Below, one piece after another: positions 1 to 13,489 of a DNA stretch of 64,000 nt. Made by a program: the position numbers and the translations under genes. The notes under the pieces are model-generated. The model was not told the origin of the DNA, did no database searches, and saw only the letters and a program-made list of their open reading frames with translations. Position 1 is the stretch's first letter. Every line of letters starts with the position of its first letter. Source of the stretch: Octopus sinensis (lineage: Eukaryota); contig NC_043005.1 in assembly GCF_006345805.1 (NCBI RefSeq), positions 45,012,001 through 45,076,000 of the forward strand. The letters run 5' to 3'.

Positions 1-329
1 CAGGCTTAAAAATCAAAAAGTATTGGGGTTGATTCATTACACCAAAAAAATTCTTCAAGGTGGTGCCCCAGCATGGCCGCAGTCTCACCACAGCTGCAAC
101 AATTAAAAGGTAAAATGTAAAGGTGAGACAATTGATAGAATGTGATCCAAAGAGAAACACTGAGCTTTATTCAGATTAATCTTCAATAATACTATGGTCT
201 GCATGCTCTGTGGGATTAAGCTCTAAACAAAATTATCTTTCATGCTCAATCTCCATTTAAGGTTGCAAAATCAATTAAATTGCACCATCATTAGCTGCTT
301 CTTCTTTCATTTGTTTCATTCAAATGAAG

Positions 330-560
330 CTGTATGAAAATGGGTTTCAAATTCTGGCACAAGGTCTGAAAATTTGGCAGCAGAGGGGTAAGTCAATTAT
401 ATTAACTCCAGTGCTCAACTGGGACTTATTTTATCAACCCTGAAAAGATGGAAGGCAAAGTCAACTTTGGCGGTATTTGAACTCAGAACATAAAGACAGA
501 CAGAATGCCACTAAGCATTTCCCTGCATGCTAATGATTATGCCAGATTGCTGCCTTAACG
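330..560 (-). mobile_element. tRNA-derived SINE, family B, decayed
   Basis: Shares ggcacaagg-ctgaaa...gaaggcaaagtcaac...tttgaactcagaac...ctaagcattt with the near-pristine copy at 40465-40690. Confidence 0.75.
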
Positions 561-677
561 TTGCTGTATAATAATGATATTAATTATTTCTAGGGATTTT
601 ACTCATTGTTTGTCAAGTCTTACCATTTACATCTTTGTTAGGTTTCCATAATTTGTATCTCAGCATTAAATAATGTA

Positions 678-1243
678 TTGGGTTGTCTGGAAAGTTTGTG
701 CCGATTTATAGTAGCTTACCTTTCGACTTATTTTAGAACATGGTTGAATCCATAAAATAGGATTTGACTACACCTCCATTTAGAACACAGTTTAAGTTAT
801 CTTTTTGTGGAAGAAGATTTATGTTCTTATAACCTGTATTAATTCTGTAACCCTTTAAAATGGAAGATAAGAAAGTTCATTTTCGGCACTTGATGATTTG
901 GGAACCAGACAAAAATTGCTGCATCTCGGGTGGGATGTGTTACCCCACCCTCCATATTCACCAGATATTGCTCCCACGGATTTCCACTTATTCAGGTCTC
1001 TGCAGAATAGTCTTAATGGTAAAAATTTCAATTCCTTGGATGACGTAAAAAGATACCTTGATGAATTCTTTGCCATGAAACCACCTCAATTCTGGGAAGA
1101 GGATATTTTCAAGTTAAAGGAAAGATGGAGATGCATTGTGCAACGAAATGGTTCGTATTTGGTTGATTATAAATGTAATGGCAAGTATTTATTGACCTTT
1201 TTCTTTCCTTTAAAAATCGGTATGAACTTTCCGGACAACCCAA
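678..1243 (+). mobile_element. Internally deleted mariner transposon (Hsmar1/Mos1-like)
   Basis: TIRs TTGGGTTGTCTGGAAAGTT (678) and AACTTTCCGGACAACCCAA (ends 1243), TA on both sides. N-terminus MEDKKVHFRHLM (860) is joined by a large deletion to LGWDVLPHPPYSPDIAPTDFHLFRSLQNSL...WRCIVQRNGSYLVD. Confidence 0.92.
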
Positions 1244-1478
1244 TACATTGAGTGCTAATTTGCACATTAATTTCACAAGTAGGCTGTTCCAGTGATCAGA
1301 TCAACTGGAAAAACCCTTGTTGATGTAACTGACAAAGTGTCAGTTTTTAAAAAAATTTATTTTGAAGTCCCCAACTCAGATATTGTCACTGTCATTTGTT
1401 ATCAAGGTGCTTCATTTACCCATCAGTCATCCTCAGTAATGGTGCGTAAAGAGATGTAACAGTTACTGCTTCTTTACC

Positions 1479-1540
<62 letters not shown>

Positions 1541-1996
1541 TGTATGTATGTATGTATGTATATCAAAATGCTTCAATGGAGAGATTTTTTTCCCACATGG
1601 TGAGTTATAAAAAAGAAGTGAAAAAGAAGGAAAATGCACACAATGTATATATTCTTTATGTGATAAAATATTTACACAGTCAACAAGTTTCACTTTTGTT
1701 AATCATGACTAAGGAATTAATGATGCTACAATTTTATGGATTCATAAGAAGTTTTCAGTCCATTCAAGTAGCAGAAAAGTCACTTTGTAAATGAATCAGA
1801 AGATACATAAATTTAAGGGGGTGGAGGTAGCTTCTGATTTGTTTATGAAACAACTTTCCTGCTAACAAACTTCATATGATACCAAAAAATTGTAATATTT
1901 CCACTAATTTCTTAGTCAAGATTAGCAGAAGTGTAAGTAATTGACTATGCAAATATTTTATCACAAAAAAATATATACATTCTGTGCATTTTCTAT

Positions 1997-2038
<42 letters not shown>

Positions 2039-2044
2039 GTATAC

Positions 2045-2276
2045 ATTCTTTTATTCTTTTCTTTGTTTCAGTCATTTGACTGTGGCCCTGCTGGAGCACC
2101 ACCTTTAGTCAAAAAGATCAAGTCCAGGACTTATTCTTTGTAAGCCTAGTACTTATTCTGTCAGTCTCTTTTGCTGAACTGCTAAGTTACAAGGACGTAA
2201 ACACACCAATGTCGGTTGTCAAACAATGGTGGTGATGGAACAAACACAAACAATCAAACATACATACACACACACA

Positions 2277-2318
<42 letters not shown>

Positions 2319-2495
2319 ACACATATATATATATACAATAGGCTTCTTTCAGTTTCTGTCTACCAAATGCACCCACAAGGCTGTTGTTGGCCCGAGGCTA
2401 TGGTAGAAAACACTTGTTCAAGGTGACATGCAGTTGGACTGAACCCAAAACCATATGGCTGGTGAGCAAGCTACTTACCACACAGCCACTCCTGT
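2045..2495 (-). mobile_element. tRNA-derived SINE, family A
   Basis: tcttgtttcagtcatttgactg-ggcc-tgctggagcacc...ggactgaaccc...catatggctggtgagcaagctacttaccacacagccactcc; reverse of the copy at 13490. Confidence 0.8.
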
Positions 2496-2509
2496 GTGTA
2501 TACATACAT

Positions 2510-2543
<34 letters not shown>

Positions 2544-2644
2544 ATATATATATGTATGTATGTATATATATATATATATATAATATATATATATATACAT
2601 ACATATATATAAATATATATATGCTGGTGACATGTAACTTGCTA

Positions 2645-2985
2645 GTAAAAGGTACCTTTCAAGCATCCATTGGGCCTCACACAACAAGGCCTTAGGCTCA
2701 ATTAAAGCAGCTATGTGAAGCTGCTGGAGACTGTGGTCAAACCCTGGCTGGAAAGGGTTGCTGCTGGAAGGCCATATTTGTGGCAGCAGGATTCAGCTCC
2801 TTGCCATGTCTCAGGAAAGAGTTAGAAGTAGTTGTCAGAAGATTTCTATGGCTTCACCAGCATCAGTTTCTGACCCCCTTATTCCCCCAAATGTAATCCC
2901 ATGGATTACTATATGTGGATATGCCAGGTTCCAGAACCATCCTGAGGCCCTGGTGAAAGCTGACAGTGGTTACTTAGTATAAACT
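2645..2985 (+). mobile_element. Tc1/mariner (DD37D/maT-like) transposase remnant
   Basis: Hand translation VKLLETVVKPWLERVAAGRPYLWQQDSAPCHVSGKS*K*LSEDF...*PPYSPKCNPMDYYMW, containing the QQDxAPxH and PPxSPxxNPxDY catalytic motifs, with stops. Confidence 0.75.
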
Positions 2986-4119
2986 GTTAAGTCCTAGCCT
3001 GTAGTTGAAATGGTTTTGATTCTTTAAAAATATTTTCATTTTTGGATGGGATATTGTTTTTATTTTTCCTTTTATGCAAAATATCAAATTTAGCCCAAAC
3101 ACCCTGTATGTATGTGTGCAACCACACACACACACACATACATACACACACACACATACACGCACACACGCACACATGCACGCACACACATACACAAATA
3201 CATGCACATACAAATGCATGCAGGCACACACACACACATACATGCAAACACACACACACACACACACACAAACTGGGCTTCTGCACAGTTTTTATCCACT
3301 TATTCTCACTCATAAGACATTGATTATGGCAAGGCTTTCATGGAAAACACTTTCCTGTTATGCTAAACAATAGGATGAAACCTTCGAAAACACATGGCTG
3401 CAAAACAAAACAATCTTTTTTTAACTTGGGCCATGAGAGACAAAAATAGATGTGGAGCATAGTTAATATGACATGAAAAAAAAATGACCATTGGGGAATA
3501 TTTCATTGTGTTTTATATCAATTTTGTTTTGGTAGAGAGAGAAAAAACATGTTAATGTTAAAAGGGCATAATAAATATTTGAAGCTATGGTCATGCCAAA
3601 AGGACCCATGGAAAGATAATTGTAAAACATTGTAAAACTTTACTATTGTCAATGTAAGAGAATAACCATTTATTTATCCAGCAATTTCTGAATTGGTTCC
3701 ACTCTGAGAATTTTCTACTCTACTGACATCTTAATTATATGCTCAGAAGACTACAACTAATAGGATGTTGACCATTAAATCAAGCTACAAAATTAATCAT
3801 TACAGACAAGCATTCTATTCATATAGGTTACATTGTTTAAATGCAGGTTACTGCTGCTGACAGAAATATATTCAATGGAGATCAGATTTACTTTGGCTTC
3901 TACCAAACCATTCTTTTATTCTTTCACTGGTTTCATTCATTGAACTGTGGCCATACTAGAGCAGTGCCTTTGAGAGCTTTAGTCAATTATATTAACCTCA
4001 GTACTTTGCCTGCTAGTTATCTTATTTTATCAAACTTGGAAGGCAGAAAGGTGAAGTGAAACTGGAAGGAATCTAAATTTGGAATCTAACATAATGTAAC
4101 TAAATATCAGAAGAGTCTT

Positions 4120-4530
4120 TTATATTTTAGTTGTGTCAGTCATTAGACTGTGACCATGATGGAGCACTTCTTTGAAGGGTTCAGTTAAAAAAAAATTAAC
4201 CTCAGTATTTATTTTTAAGTCTGGGGCTTATTCCATTGGTCTCTGCTAAACTGCAAAATTACAGGGTGGGGGACACCAAATGCAGACACAATCACACACA
4301 CATACATACACATGCACATGCACATGCACACACACACACATACACACGCACATGCACACACACACACACTCACAATAGGCTTGCCACACAGCCTCCATCA
4401 ACCAAGTTCACCCACAAGGCATTGCTTAATCAATGGCTATGGTGGAAGATGCTTGCCCAAGGTAGGGGTTGAACCTGAAACCCTTGTGGCTGTAAAGTGA
4501 AATTTCTTAACCACACAGCTATGCCTGCAC
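4120..4530 (-). mobile_element. SINE family A, decayed
   Basis: cagtcattagactgtgaccatg-tggagcac...ttcttaaccacacagctatgcctgc. Confidence 0.7.
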
Positions 4531-5369
4531 CTATAGGCTATAGACTTTCTTTCAAGAATTCTAAATTATTCAATTCTCAAATTATGATAACAATAATTAT
4601 TTCTTTGGCTTAATTATCAGATCATAGGACAAAATGCCTCGCAGTATTTGTTTTGATTCTCTGCATTCTAGGTTCAAATTCTGTGGAGGCCAACTTTGTT
4701 TTCCCTCTTTCAGAGATCAATAAAATGATGGCAGTCAATAAGTAGATGCTTCATGGTGTTTGTTTCAGCTCTTTGTGTCCTAAGTTGTTCGGTGGTATTT
4801 TTAATTCATTGACTGGTTTAGCACCACTACCTGGTCTTTTAGCAGAGTTCACTCTATTGTCAGGTCATTAGATTTTAGATATCTTCCTTCCTTTTCCTCT
4901 TCCACTCACCAATTTCAGCAGTTCTGGGAGAGAAAAAATTATGGTTAAGCAGTTGAAAATCACAGTATCATGGTATTGACCAGACTATCAGATGTTGTTA
5001 TGCATCACTGGTCACAATGTGCTTTACATTATTCTCTCTGATTGAAAGGCTAGTCTGTAGCAGAGTAACCCATTTACTGCTAAGTGGACTGGAGCAATGT
5101 GAAATGAAGTGTTTTGCTCAGGAACACAATGTGATGCCTGGTCTGGAAATTGAACTTATGATTTAGTGATCATGAGTGCAACATCCTAACCACTAGGCTA
5201 CGAGTCTTCACAAGCATTTAAGAATAAAGTGAAAAATTATCTGGCAGCTTTCAGTGGAAAGACGTTTGAATTTTAGGTCATCTCACCTGATACTGAGCCA
5301 GAGAAAAGGAAAAGAAAACTTGATCCTAAAGGGATTTGGAATCAGAATGTAAAATAACATAATTGAATC

Positions 5370-6060
5370 ATCATCATCATTTAACGTCTGTTGTCCATGC
5401 TGGCATGGGTTGGATGCTCTGGGGGAGCTGCACCGGACTCTAGTCTGATTTGACATTGTTTTTATGTTTGGATGTCCTTCCTAACACCAACCACATTACA
5501 GAGTGTGCTGGGTGCTTTTACATGGCACCACAAGAATACTTTCACATGGCCCCCACATGTGTGCTGTTATGTGGTGTTGTGTAGGCACTTTTATGTGGTG
5601 CTGCATGGGCACTTTTACATGGCACTGCCATGAGTACTTTTCACCACAAGAGGGACCAACTGTGGAGTATGGGTCTTCTTGAGAACAGCAAGGCACCAAC
5701 ATTTCAGTGCTTTGTCATTTAACCTGAAAGGTTCAGCATCCTGAGATTGTTTTTTCTGTACTTCATCTTATGTCTTCCTGGGTCTCCTACTTCCACATGT
5801 TCCAGCTATTTTGAGAGATTGGCACTTCTTTATGAAACTGTTGTCATCCATTCACATCACCTAACCAAACTGGCACAATTTTCTCTCTTGCACACAGCAA
5901 CTAATTCCCTTTATACCTAACCTCTCTCTCAAAGCACTAGCATTCTATCAAACATGTACTCTTATATTACACGTTCAGTGGAGAATGCTAGCCTTATACC
6001 TTTCTAACCATTACATGTCCTCTGCACATCTCACTACCATGTAGAATTGCTGTCTGTATA
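5370..6060 (-). mobile_element. RTE-clade LINE 3' fragment
   Basis: Minus strand gives a decayed version of the RTE C-terminal RRLRW.GHV.RM...GRGRPRKTW region (RENCASLVR*CEWMTTVS...EHVEVGDPGRHK), followed by a 3' UTR ending at a (CAT)n tract. Confidence 0.6.
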
Positions 6061-6369
6061 CATGCAATAGATATCATAAAATATTCTGTCCAGCGTTTTG
6101 TTGATTCTGCCATCCACTGTGAGTACTTACATTAACATAGAATAACTTCTGGCTTTGACACACAAGACTTTACATTTGTAAGAAATGGCATTAGGAAGGG
6201 TTCAAGTTATAAAAACCATGCCAAAGCAGATATTGGAGTTTTGCACAGTCCTCTGGCTTGCTAGCTCCTGTTGAACCCATCCAGCTCATGCCAGCATGAA
6301 AAACATATGCTAAATGATGATGACGATGATGATGGATATAATTTACCAAACTAATTTCATCATATCACT

Positions 6370-6725
6370 GATAGGTGGTAGAATCATTAGCACCTTGGAA
6401 AAAATACTTAGTGGTATTTTGTCCATCATTATCTTCTGAGTTCAAATTCCATTGAAGTCGGCTTTGCCTTTCATCCATTTGGAGTCAATAAAATAACTAC
6501 TCATCAAATAATCCTTTCTACTATAGGCACAAGGCCTGAAATTGGGGAGAGGGGTATAGTCAATTACATCAACCCCAGTACTCAACTGGTACTTAATTTA
6601 TTGACCCCAAAAGTATGAAAGACAAAGTTGACCTCAGTGGAATTTGAACTCAGAACGTAGCGGCAGACGAAATACTGCTAAGCATTTTGCCTGGCATGCT
6701 GACAATTCTGCTAACACACTACCTT
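6370..6725. mobile_element. Two family B SINE pieces in opposite orientation
   Basis: ggtagaatcattagc...gagttcaaattcc (+) followed by ggcacaaggcctgaaatt...tttgaactcagaacgtagcggcagacgaaatac (-). Confidence 0.75.
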
Positions 6726-7809
6726 GTACTAGTCAAATAATGGAGTCAGGTCAATGTAATCAACTTCCCTGGCCCCCACAAAAACTGCAGCACTCTGGTA
6801 AAACTTTAAAATCATTTAATCAGTGAAACATGTGTTTTATTGCTCTTGGAGAAATGAAAGATAAAACAGGAATCAGTCAGTTTTGAACTCAGAATATAAC
6901 AGAATTAGACTAATATTGGTAGTCAAGTAGTTCTGCATGCTTCCATTTCTTCCACTCCATACCACCATCCTAATCTTAATATGACCAATAACAGGAAATA
7001 GCAGTAAAATAAATTATAAAGTGGGAAGAAATCACACTTTTCCTGGTTTCTTTTGTGCTTCAATTCCCTGTTTATTTTTTTAATTCTTAGATTTTTTTAA
7101 TTTTATTTAGTTTTTTGTGACTGCAGGATATTTTTCAATGGATCAGCACCATGTTTAAGTGTTTCACATTTGTATGTTTTCTGCCTCTATTGTATTAACC
7201 GCATTTAATCTTTCCCAGCGCCAAACACTGATTAGCTTTGATGTTATAAATTGCTTACTAATTTTAGTGAATTTCTTCTTCTTACAACTTGGTTACAGAT
7301 ATTTCTCTTCTTTCTTGCTTAATTAAAAATCAAAGCAAAAAGCATCTTTGAGTCACAGAGATGAAAAGAGGGACTAAAAATCAAAGGGAAATAATCGGAT
7401 GACGTATTTACTTCCACTGATTGCATTAAGACAAGACAGCTATTTATATAAAACCTTTAGGTTTCTATATAAAGAAAACATGAAAATATAGCTTCATTAG
7501 CTATATTTTATTATTGATATACAATCATAGACATAGATTTGCTACAGTTGTTAGTTTCTTAATACATTGTATTATCATACTACAATGATATTCATATTAA
7601 TTCCTTTAACGATAAATATTGATGACAGAATGAAATCCATGAATAAATATTTTATTTGGACCATCAGTGTGTCATAGTAGATGACAAAAGTCCGGACTAT
7701 TGGAAACTATTATGGAATCTTATTCACAAGTATTTTGCTGGAGAAGCGAAATATGAAATAAAGGAAATGAAGATATCATCATCATCATCATCATCTCATC
7801 ACCACCACC

Positions 7810-8258
7810 ACCAGAAATATAGCATCAGTGGTGCTTTTCCCTGGCACAAACCCAAACCTCATCTTGTCTAAACTAACTCTCTCCTTAATTAGTTGGGCTA
7901 TGACCCTATCCATGACTTTCATTACCTGACCCAACAACTTGATACCTCTTTAATTATTCGTATCTAATGCATCACCTTTAGCTTTGTAGCTGTAAACTAT
8001 GGTGCTGCTACACCAGTTATTGGGTATGACTCCTTCATGCATCACCTGATTGACTATACAGGTGACTAGACTTTAGCCGACACCACCAGATATTTTAAGT
8101 ATCTCTGCAGTGATTCCTGATTGGCCAGGAGCTTTCCTTGTCTTCATACCCTTAATTGCTTTATCTACCAAGGTACTGTCAATTCAGATAGCTGGTCCCT
8201 CTGTTAGATCACCATTTGGCAGACTCTCTTTCTCCCATTCATTCTCTTCATTTAGCAA
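7810..8258 (-). mobile_element. RTE-clade LINE reverse transcriptase fragment
   Basis: Single frame with three stops: LLNEENEWEKE...KAIKGMKTRKAPGQSGITAEILKISGGVG*SLVTCIVNQVMHEGVIPNNWCSSTIVYSYKAKGDALDTNN*RGIKLLGQVMKVMDRVIAQLIKERVSLDKMRFGFVPGKSTTDAIF. Confidence 0.9.
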
Positions 8259-9114
8259 CCTTACAGTCCATATAGTAATCAAACACAAGGAAGACTAATG
8301 CAGAGTGCCCATGCAGTTGAAATCCAGAAGATCCAATCAATGAAATTATTTCATATCAGGAGATATGGGATGTGAATATATATTCATTTAACCACGTGAC
8401 ATCCTTAGGATTACGACCATGTTGCAACCTTTTCCATGTAGCATTAATTTCAATGCTTACATGCTGGCATTAGTATGAATGTTTTGCATTATACAATACA
8501 ATTCATTGCTATTGTGCAAAAATGTCATAAGTCCAAAACGTTGCTTTTTCAGAAAATGAAAATATAGTTTCACCATTCTATAGCAAAACTGTTGTACTAC
8601 ACTTTGATAATTTTTGAAAGCTTGGCATCTGAAACAGCTGAAGATATGATAATTTGACCAAAAGAACAGTTTATTGCAAGCAAAATAAATATTGAAAAAA
8701 ATGCATTTGGCCAAATTTGGACATAGAACAAGGTAAACATAATAGCAACGAATTGTATATTCACAAATACCCTAACCACTTAGCCTCATAACTTCACTCT
8801 GCTTCTTAAAGGTGACATGTTTAATGCATATCTTGAGAATCTCTTAAGATCTTTTAGATAGACATAACTTTCATATTTTAATTTATTTCTACCAGTAGAT
8901 GTCGCTTGCATGCATGTGGATGTTAAGCATATTGCTGCATTAAAATTTCAAATTTTGTGCACTTTATATGTATTGACATTTGCATTATGATAATCTTTTA
9001 CTTGCATGTAACACCTGAAAATAATTTTCTAGTTGAACACGCTATACGAGATGGCAATTATTCATATCTTTTTGTTACTCCTTCTCCTCCTTCTCCATTG
9101 GTGATGATGAGGAG

Positions 9115-9410
9115 GAGGATTCCAGTTGATTTGATCAACAGATCAGCCTGCTCATGAAATTAACATGCAAGTGACTGAGCACTCCACAGATACATGTACC
9201 CTTAATATAGTTCTGAGGGAGATTCAGAATGACACAGAATGTAATAAAGCTAACCCTTTGAATTACACGTACAACTCATTTTTGTCAGCTGAGTGAACTG
9301 GAGCAATTTGAAATAAAGTGTCTTGCTCATGGACCCAATGTGCTGCCAGGAATTGAACTCATGACCTTATGACTATGAACCAAACACCTTACCCACTAAG
9401 TTACACACCT
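9115..9410 (-). mobile_element. tRNA-derived SINE, family D
   Basis: attccagttgat-tgatcaac-gaacagcctgctc-tgaaattaac...ctggagcaa-tgaaataaagtgtcttgctca...ggaattgaactc...ccactaag; further copies at 15905-16235, 25100-25400 and 35645-35880. Confidence 0.75.
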
Positions 9411-9964
9411 ACACTCTTTTTGCTAATAATGTATTTGCGTGCAAATGATTTCCTTGAGATATAACTGAGGATGTTTAAATGGCCATGCTCATATTTATAT
9501 CCATCTCATAAGCAAAGTAAAAACTACTAATAGGTTGCTGTTGTCTGCTTGGTATATGATCCTCCATGCAAAACCCAACTCCATGTCAAAATCAATGAAC
9601 TTTCAAAGAATATTGAAGTTAGCCACTCCTTCAAAAGGCTTTGCTGATGAAGGAGGGCAAGATGTTGGTCACTTCTTTCATCAATTAAACAGATAATAAT
9701 CTTAACACTTATTCCAATAAACTTTTACAACTGCCTGAAGTTTCTTTACAATTTTTAGAAGAACTTAAGTTTTGTTTCTCAAGTTCATTATGCTTTCATA
9801 AGCTAAATCAAATTTTTTACCATATGGCTGTCAAACTTAATTGTTAGTTCTTCTGTTGAGTCCACTTGAAGTTTACTCTCTTGTTTTTATGCACAATTCT
9901 TATTCAGTAAATTTGGGAATATAAGAAAAAGGGATCACACTGTTTAAACCAAATTATTATATAG

Positions 9965-10290
9965 ATACATATGTATATTATAGGCACAGCCCTCGGGCCA
10001 ACCAAAGCTTTGTGAGTGGATTTGGTAGACAAAAACTGAAAGAAGCCTGTTGTGTGTGTATGTGTGTGTATCTGTCTGTGTTTGTCTACCCACTACCACT
10101 TGACAACTGATATTGGCATGTTTTTGACCCCTTAACTTAGCAGTTACGTAAAAAAAAAATGCCAATAGAATAAGTACCAGGCTGAAAAAGGTAAGTACTG
10201 GATTTGATTTGTACAACTATAAATTCTCCCAAGAAGCGCCCCAGCATGGCCGCAGTCTAATGACTGAAACAAATAAAGGAATAAAAGAAT
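9965..10290 (+). mobile_element. SINE family A, 5'-truncated
   Basis: gccctcgggccaaccaaagctttgtgagtggatttggtagac-aaaactgaaagaagcc...cccagcatggccgcagtctaatgactgaaaca. Confidence 0.8.
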
Positions 10291-10884
10291 ATCATGTATA
10301 GTTATTAAAAATATATATCTGTATCATTTATATGGAGACATGTTGTGTTTAAGTGTGATTACTGTTCTTGCTTATATACAACAGTTTGCTGGGGGCATCT
10401 AATATATGCAAAGATATTACAATTTGATTGTGAAGAAAAATTCCATTATCCTTATAGTTGAGGGAAACTTTGATATCAACTTAGAAGGGATAAATATTTT
10501 CAGATTATCTTGCTATAAGCTGATTTAAAGTCGATTTTAATCTTATCTTTATATTTGAGTGGTTTGTCATTTAAACACATTCCAATGAAAAAGCAATGAA
10601 AGGTTTCTGTAGAAGGTATGTGATAAGTGGAGCTATTTATCATGTAGAGTTGAGATCGATATAGCTATTCATATTTATCTGAGAAATATTCTTTTATCAT
10701 TTTGTAAGGAAAATATCATCAAGTAACTGATAATGGATTTCACAATGAACTTATCATTAATTGAGAGACATTTAATACAAACATTTAGTTTGAGTTGATA
10801 GATAAATACTTATGCTAAAATATTGTTATGTCAACATTCATACAAAGTATTTTGAGGACAATACAAATACATGCACATAAGTGC

Positions 10885-11280
10885 AGGCATGGCTGTGTGC
10901 TAAGAAGTTTGCTTCCCAACCACATGGCTCCAGGTTCAGTCCTACTGCCTGGCACCTTGGGAAAGTGTCTTTTGCTGTAGTCATGGGCTTACCAAGGCCT
11001 TGTGAGTGGATTTGGTAGATGGAAACTGAAAGAAGTCCATTGTATATACATGTGTGTGTGTGTATGTGTGTATGTTTGCCCACCCATCAGCACTTGAGAA
11101 TCAGCATTGGTGTGTTTATGTCCCCATAACTTAGTGGTTTGGTAAAAGAGAACAGTAAAATAAGCACCAGGCTTTACAAAGAGTCCTTGAGTCAATTTAT
11201 TTGACTAAAATTCTTCAAGGCAGTACCCAAGCATGACCACAGTCTAATGATAGAAACATGTAAAAAATAAAAGATAAAAC
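10885..11280 (+). mobile_element. SINE family A
   Basis: gcaggcatggctgtgtgctaagaagtttgcttcccaacc-catggctccaggttcagtcc head, family body and aaaagataaa tail. Confidence 0.8.
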
Positions 11281-11312
11281 TTGTGTGTGAGTATGTATTT
11301 GTGTGTGGATGT

Positions 11313-11392
<80 letters not shown>

Positions 11393-13489
11393 GTGCGCGT
11401 GTGTGTGTGTGTGTGTGTATTTGAAAACCTGTCCAAGTTACACTTTCAAGTTGTATTTTATTTTTAATGAATGAACTGTCATATTTTCATATAAGTCCTC
11501 TTTGTTTCATTCAGAATGATAAAATTTCAAGTTCCTTGGACATTTTTCTAGAACATTCAGATCTTTTCTTCTAGATAAAAGGCATTTAGAAGTAGTTTTA
11601 GCACTATTTATTTATAGTAAGTGATAATCATAGGAATGCTGTTTTGTTTGAGTTTGATTCCTTATCACAGGCCTTTAAATTCCTACAACTGAAACAACAT
11701 TAACTACCAGGATCTCAAAAGAAGACTAAAACCTTGAATGTTGTTCAATCAGTGATTTTTTTTTTTTTTTTTGTAGTTTTGCTTTTACCTTAATAAAACT
11801 TAAACAAGTAAGGCAATTCTCGAATTAAAATTTAAAGCATCATGAAAAAAATAACCTAAAATGTTTTCCACATTTTTTTAGAAGGCATGCTACATCCAAA
11901 ACTGAAAACTGGTGTATAGTTCTTTTTCCAATCATGAACAAACTCTACCTCCATAAAATACACAAGTTTAAATCACGATATATTAATCAAATTGCTTATA
12001 GAACAATGAATACCTAGAAAGAAGCATATAAACATACAGCCTTTATTCAAATACTTTTGTGAACATCAAAGCACAAGAGAAACAACTTTCTATACTAACA
12101 GAGCCATAACATGCTTATCTAATAACACCAACCTTACAAATGAAAACAAGGAATACTCTAAATAACAATAAGTAAAGAAATGACCAGCCAAAACTTACCA
12201 CTACCTATATTCTTTTGTGGAAAAAATGTTGACACACCCAATTACTAAGGGCTTAAATACTGGACTTTGTACCTTTGACATTTACATTGTCAAAGTAAAA
12301 GGATTAAACCCAATAATTCCAAAAGCAACAAAAATACTGTCACACCTTGTGTGTTCCTAAATAAAGAGAAACACCTACAAATTTGTTTTTAAAGTTGATT
12401 TTTCATAAGCACCTTATAATATGCTGCTTGGTGCAATTCAAGCTGTTTTTCTTTGGTATGAGCAAGGGAACTCTGCATAATAGACACTCTGAAAACAAAA
12501 ATTAAAATCTAATCAAAGAATTCTACAGAGATGATAGCCACAGGCAGGCATTCATAGAGGGAAGATTAATTTGTAATTTATTGACACCTTAATTCATTGA
12601 CACCTTAATATTAGAGTCACTAGCAATATAAGCACAGATAAGCTTCCTAGACATAACACAACACCAAAAAAAGTGGTAATTATCAACCATATAGATAAAA
12701 GAATAGTAAGCTTATCTACATAAATAAGATCTACAGTGGAACCTGTTTACAAAAATCTCTCATCATGAATGAATTGGTTTATGAAAAATTTTTCTAACAT
12801 AAAACATTTCAAGGGACAAAGAGTGTCTTGAGTAATAAACACACAAAATGGCAATAACAGTTGGCAGCAATCTGGGAATGTCAGCTGCAGAGTATCAGCT
12901 GCTGTCTAGCTTTTGCTCAGTGTGCATCCCTGCTTGAATTTGCTGTGCCTTCTCTTGAATTCCTTTTAGGAAAAATAGTTTTGGTGTATGAAAGATAAAT
13001 GTGATAAATGGCCTTTAGGAATGAATTCAGTTTGTAAACTAAGATTCTACTGGATTTACCTGCCTCATATATATTAACATGTATACTCAACAGTGACTTA
13101 AGTAGAAGTATATCTCATATGTTCTTGCATAAATCTTCAACATAGTTACCATCTGCTACAATAAGGTATTGATAAAAACGGATTTAAAGGAAAGTCTGCT
13201 TCCTACTTAAGAGTAGGCAGTAATGAAATATAATTCAGCCCTTCAGCAAAAATTGAAATCAAATGTTGTGTGAAAATTTTTAAGATTAATTAAAAAACAT
13301 TTCCCAGACAGTCAAAAGTACAATACATTGTCAGTGTCAGATACAGTTACACAAAAGCTTGCTGCATCATAATATTGAATTAACTTTAGAAAACCAGTTA
13401 GATTTACATCCAGGAAATCAAATATAAATAAAGGCGAAATTATACTTGTCACCTGAATTGAAAATTCTTAATAGAATCTTAATAAATAT

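Noticed and set aside
10330-10560. IILIVEGNFDINL, resembling an APE endonuclease GDFN motif
   Set aside because: A single degenerate motif amid many stops; too weak to annotate.
12199-12356. Exon with strong AG and GTAAG signals on the minus strand
   Set aside because: Stops in all three frames; at most a non-coding or terminal exon, so not called a CDS.
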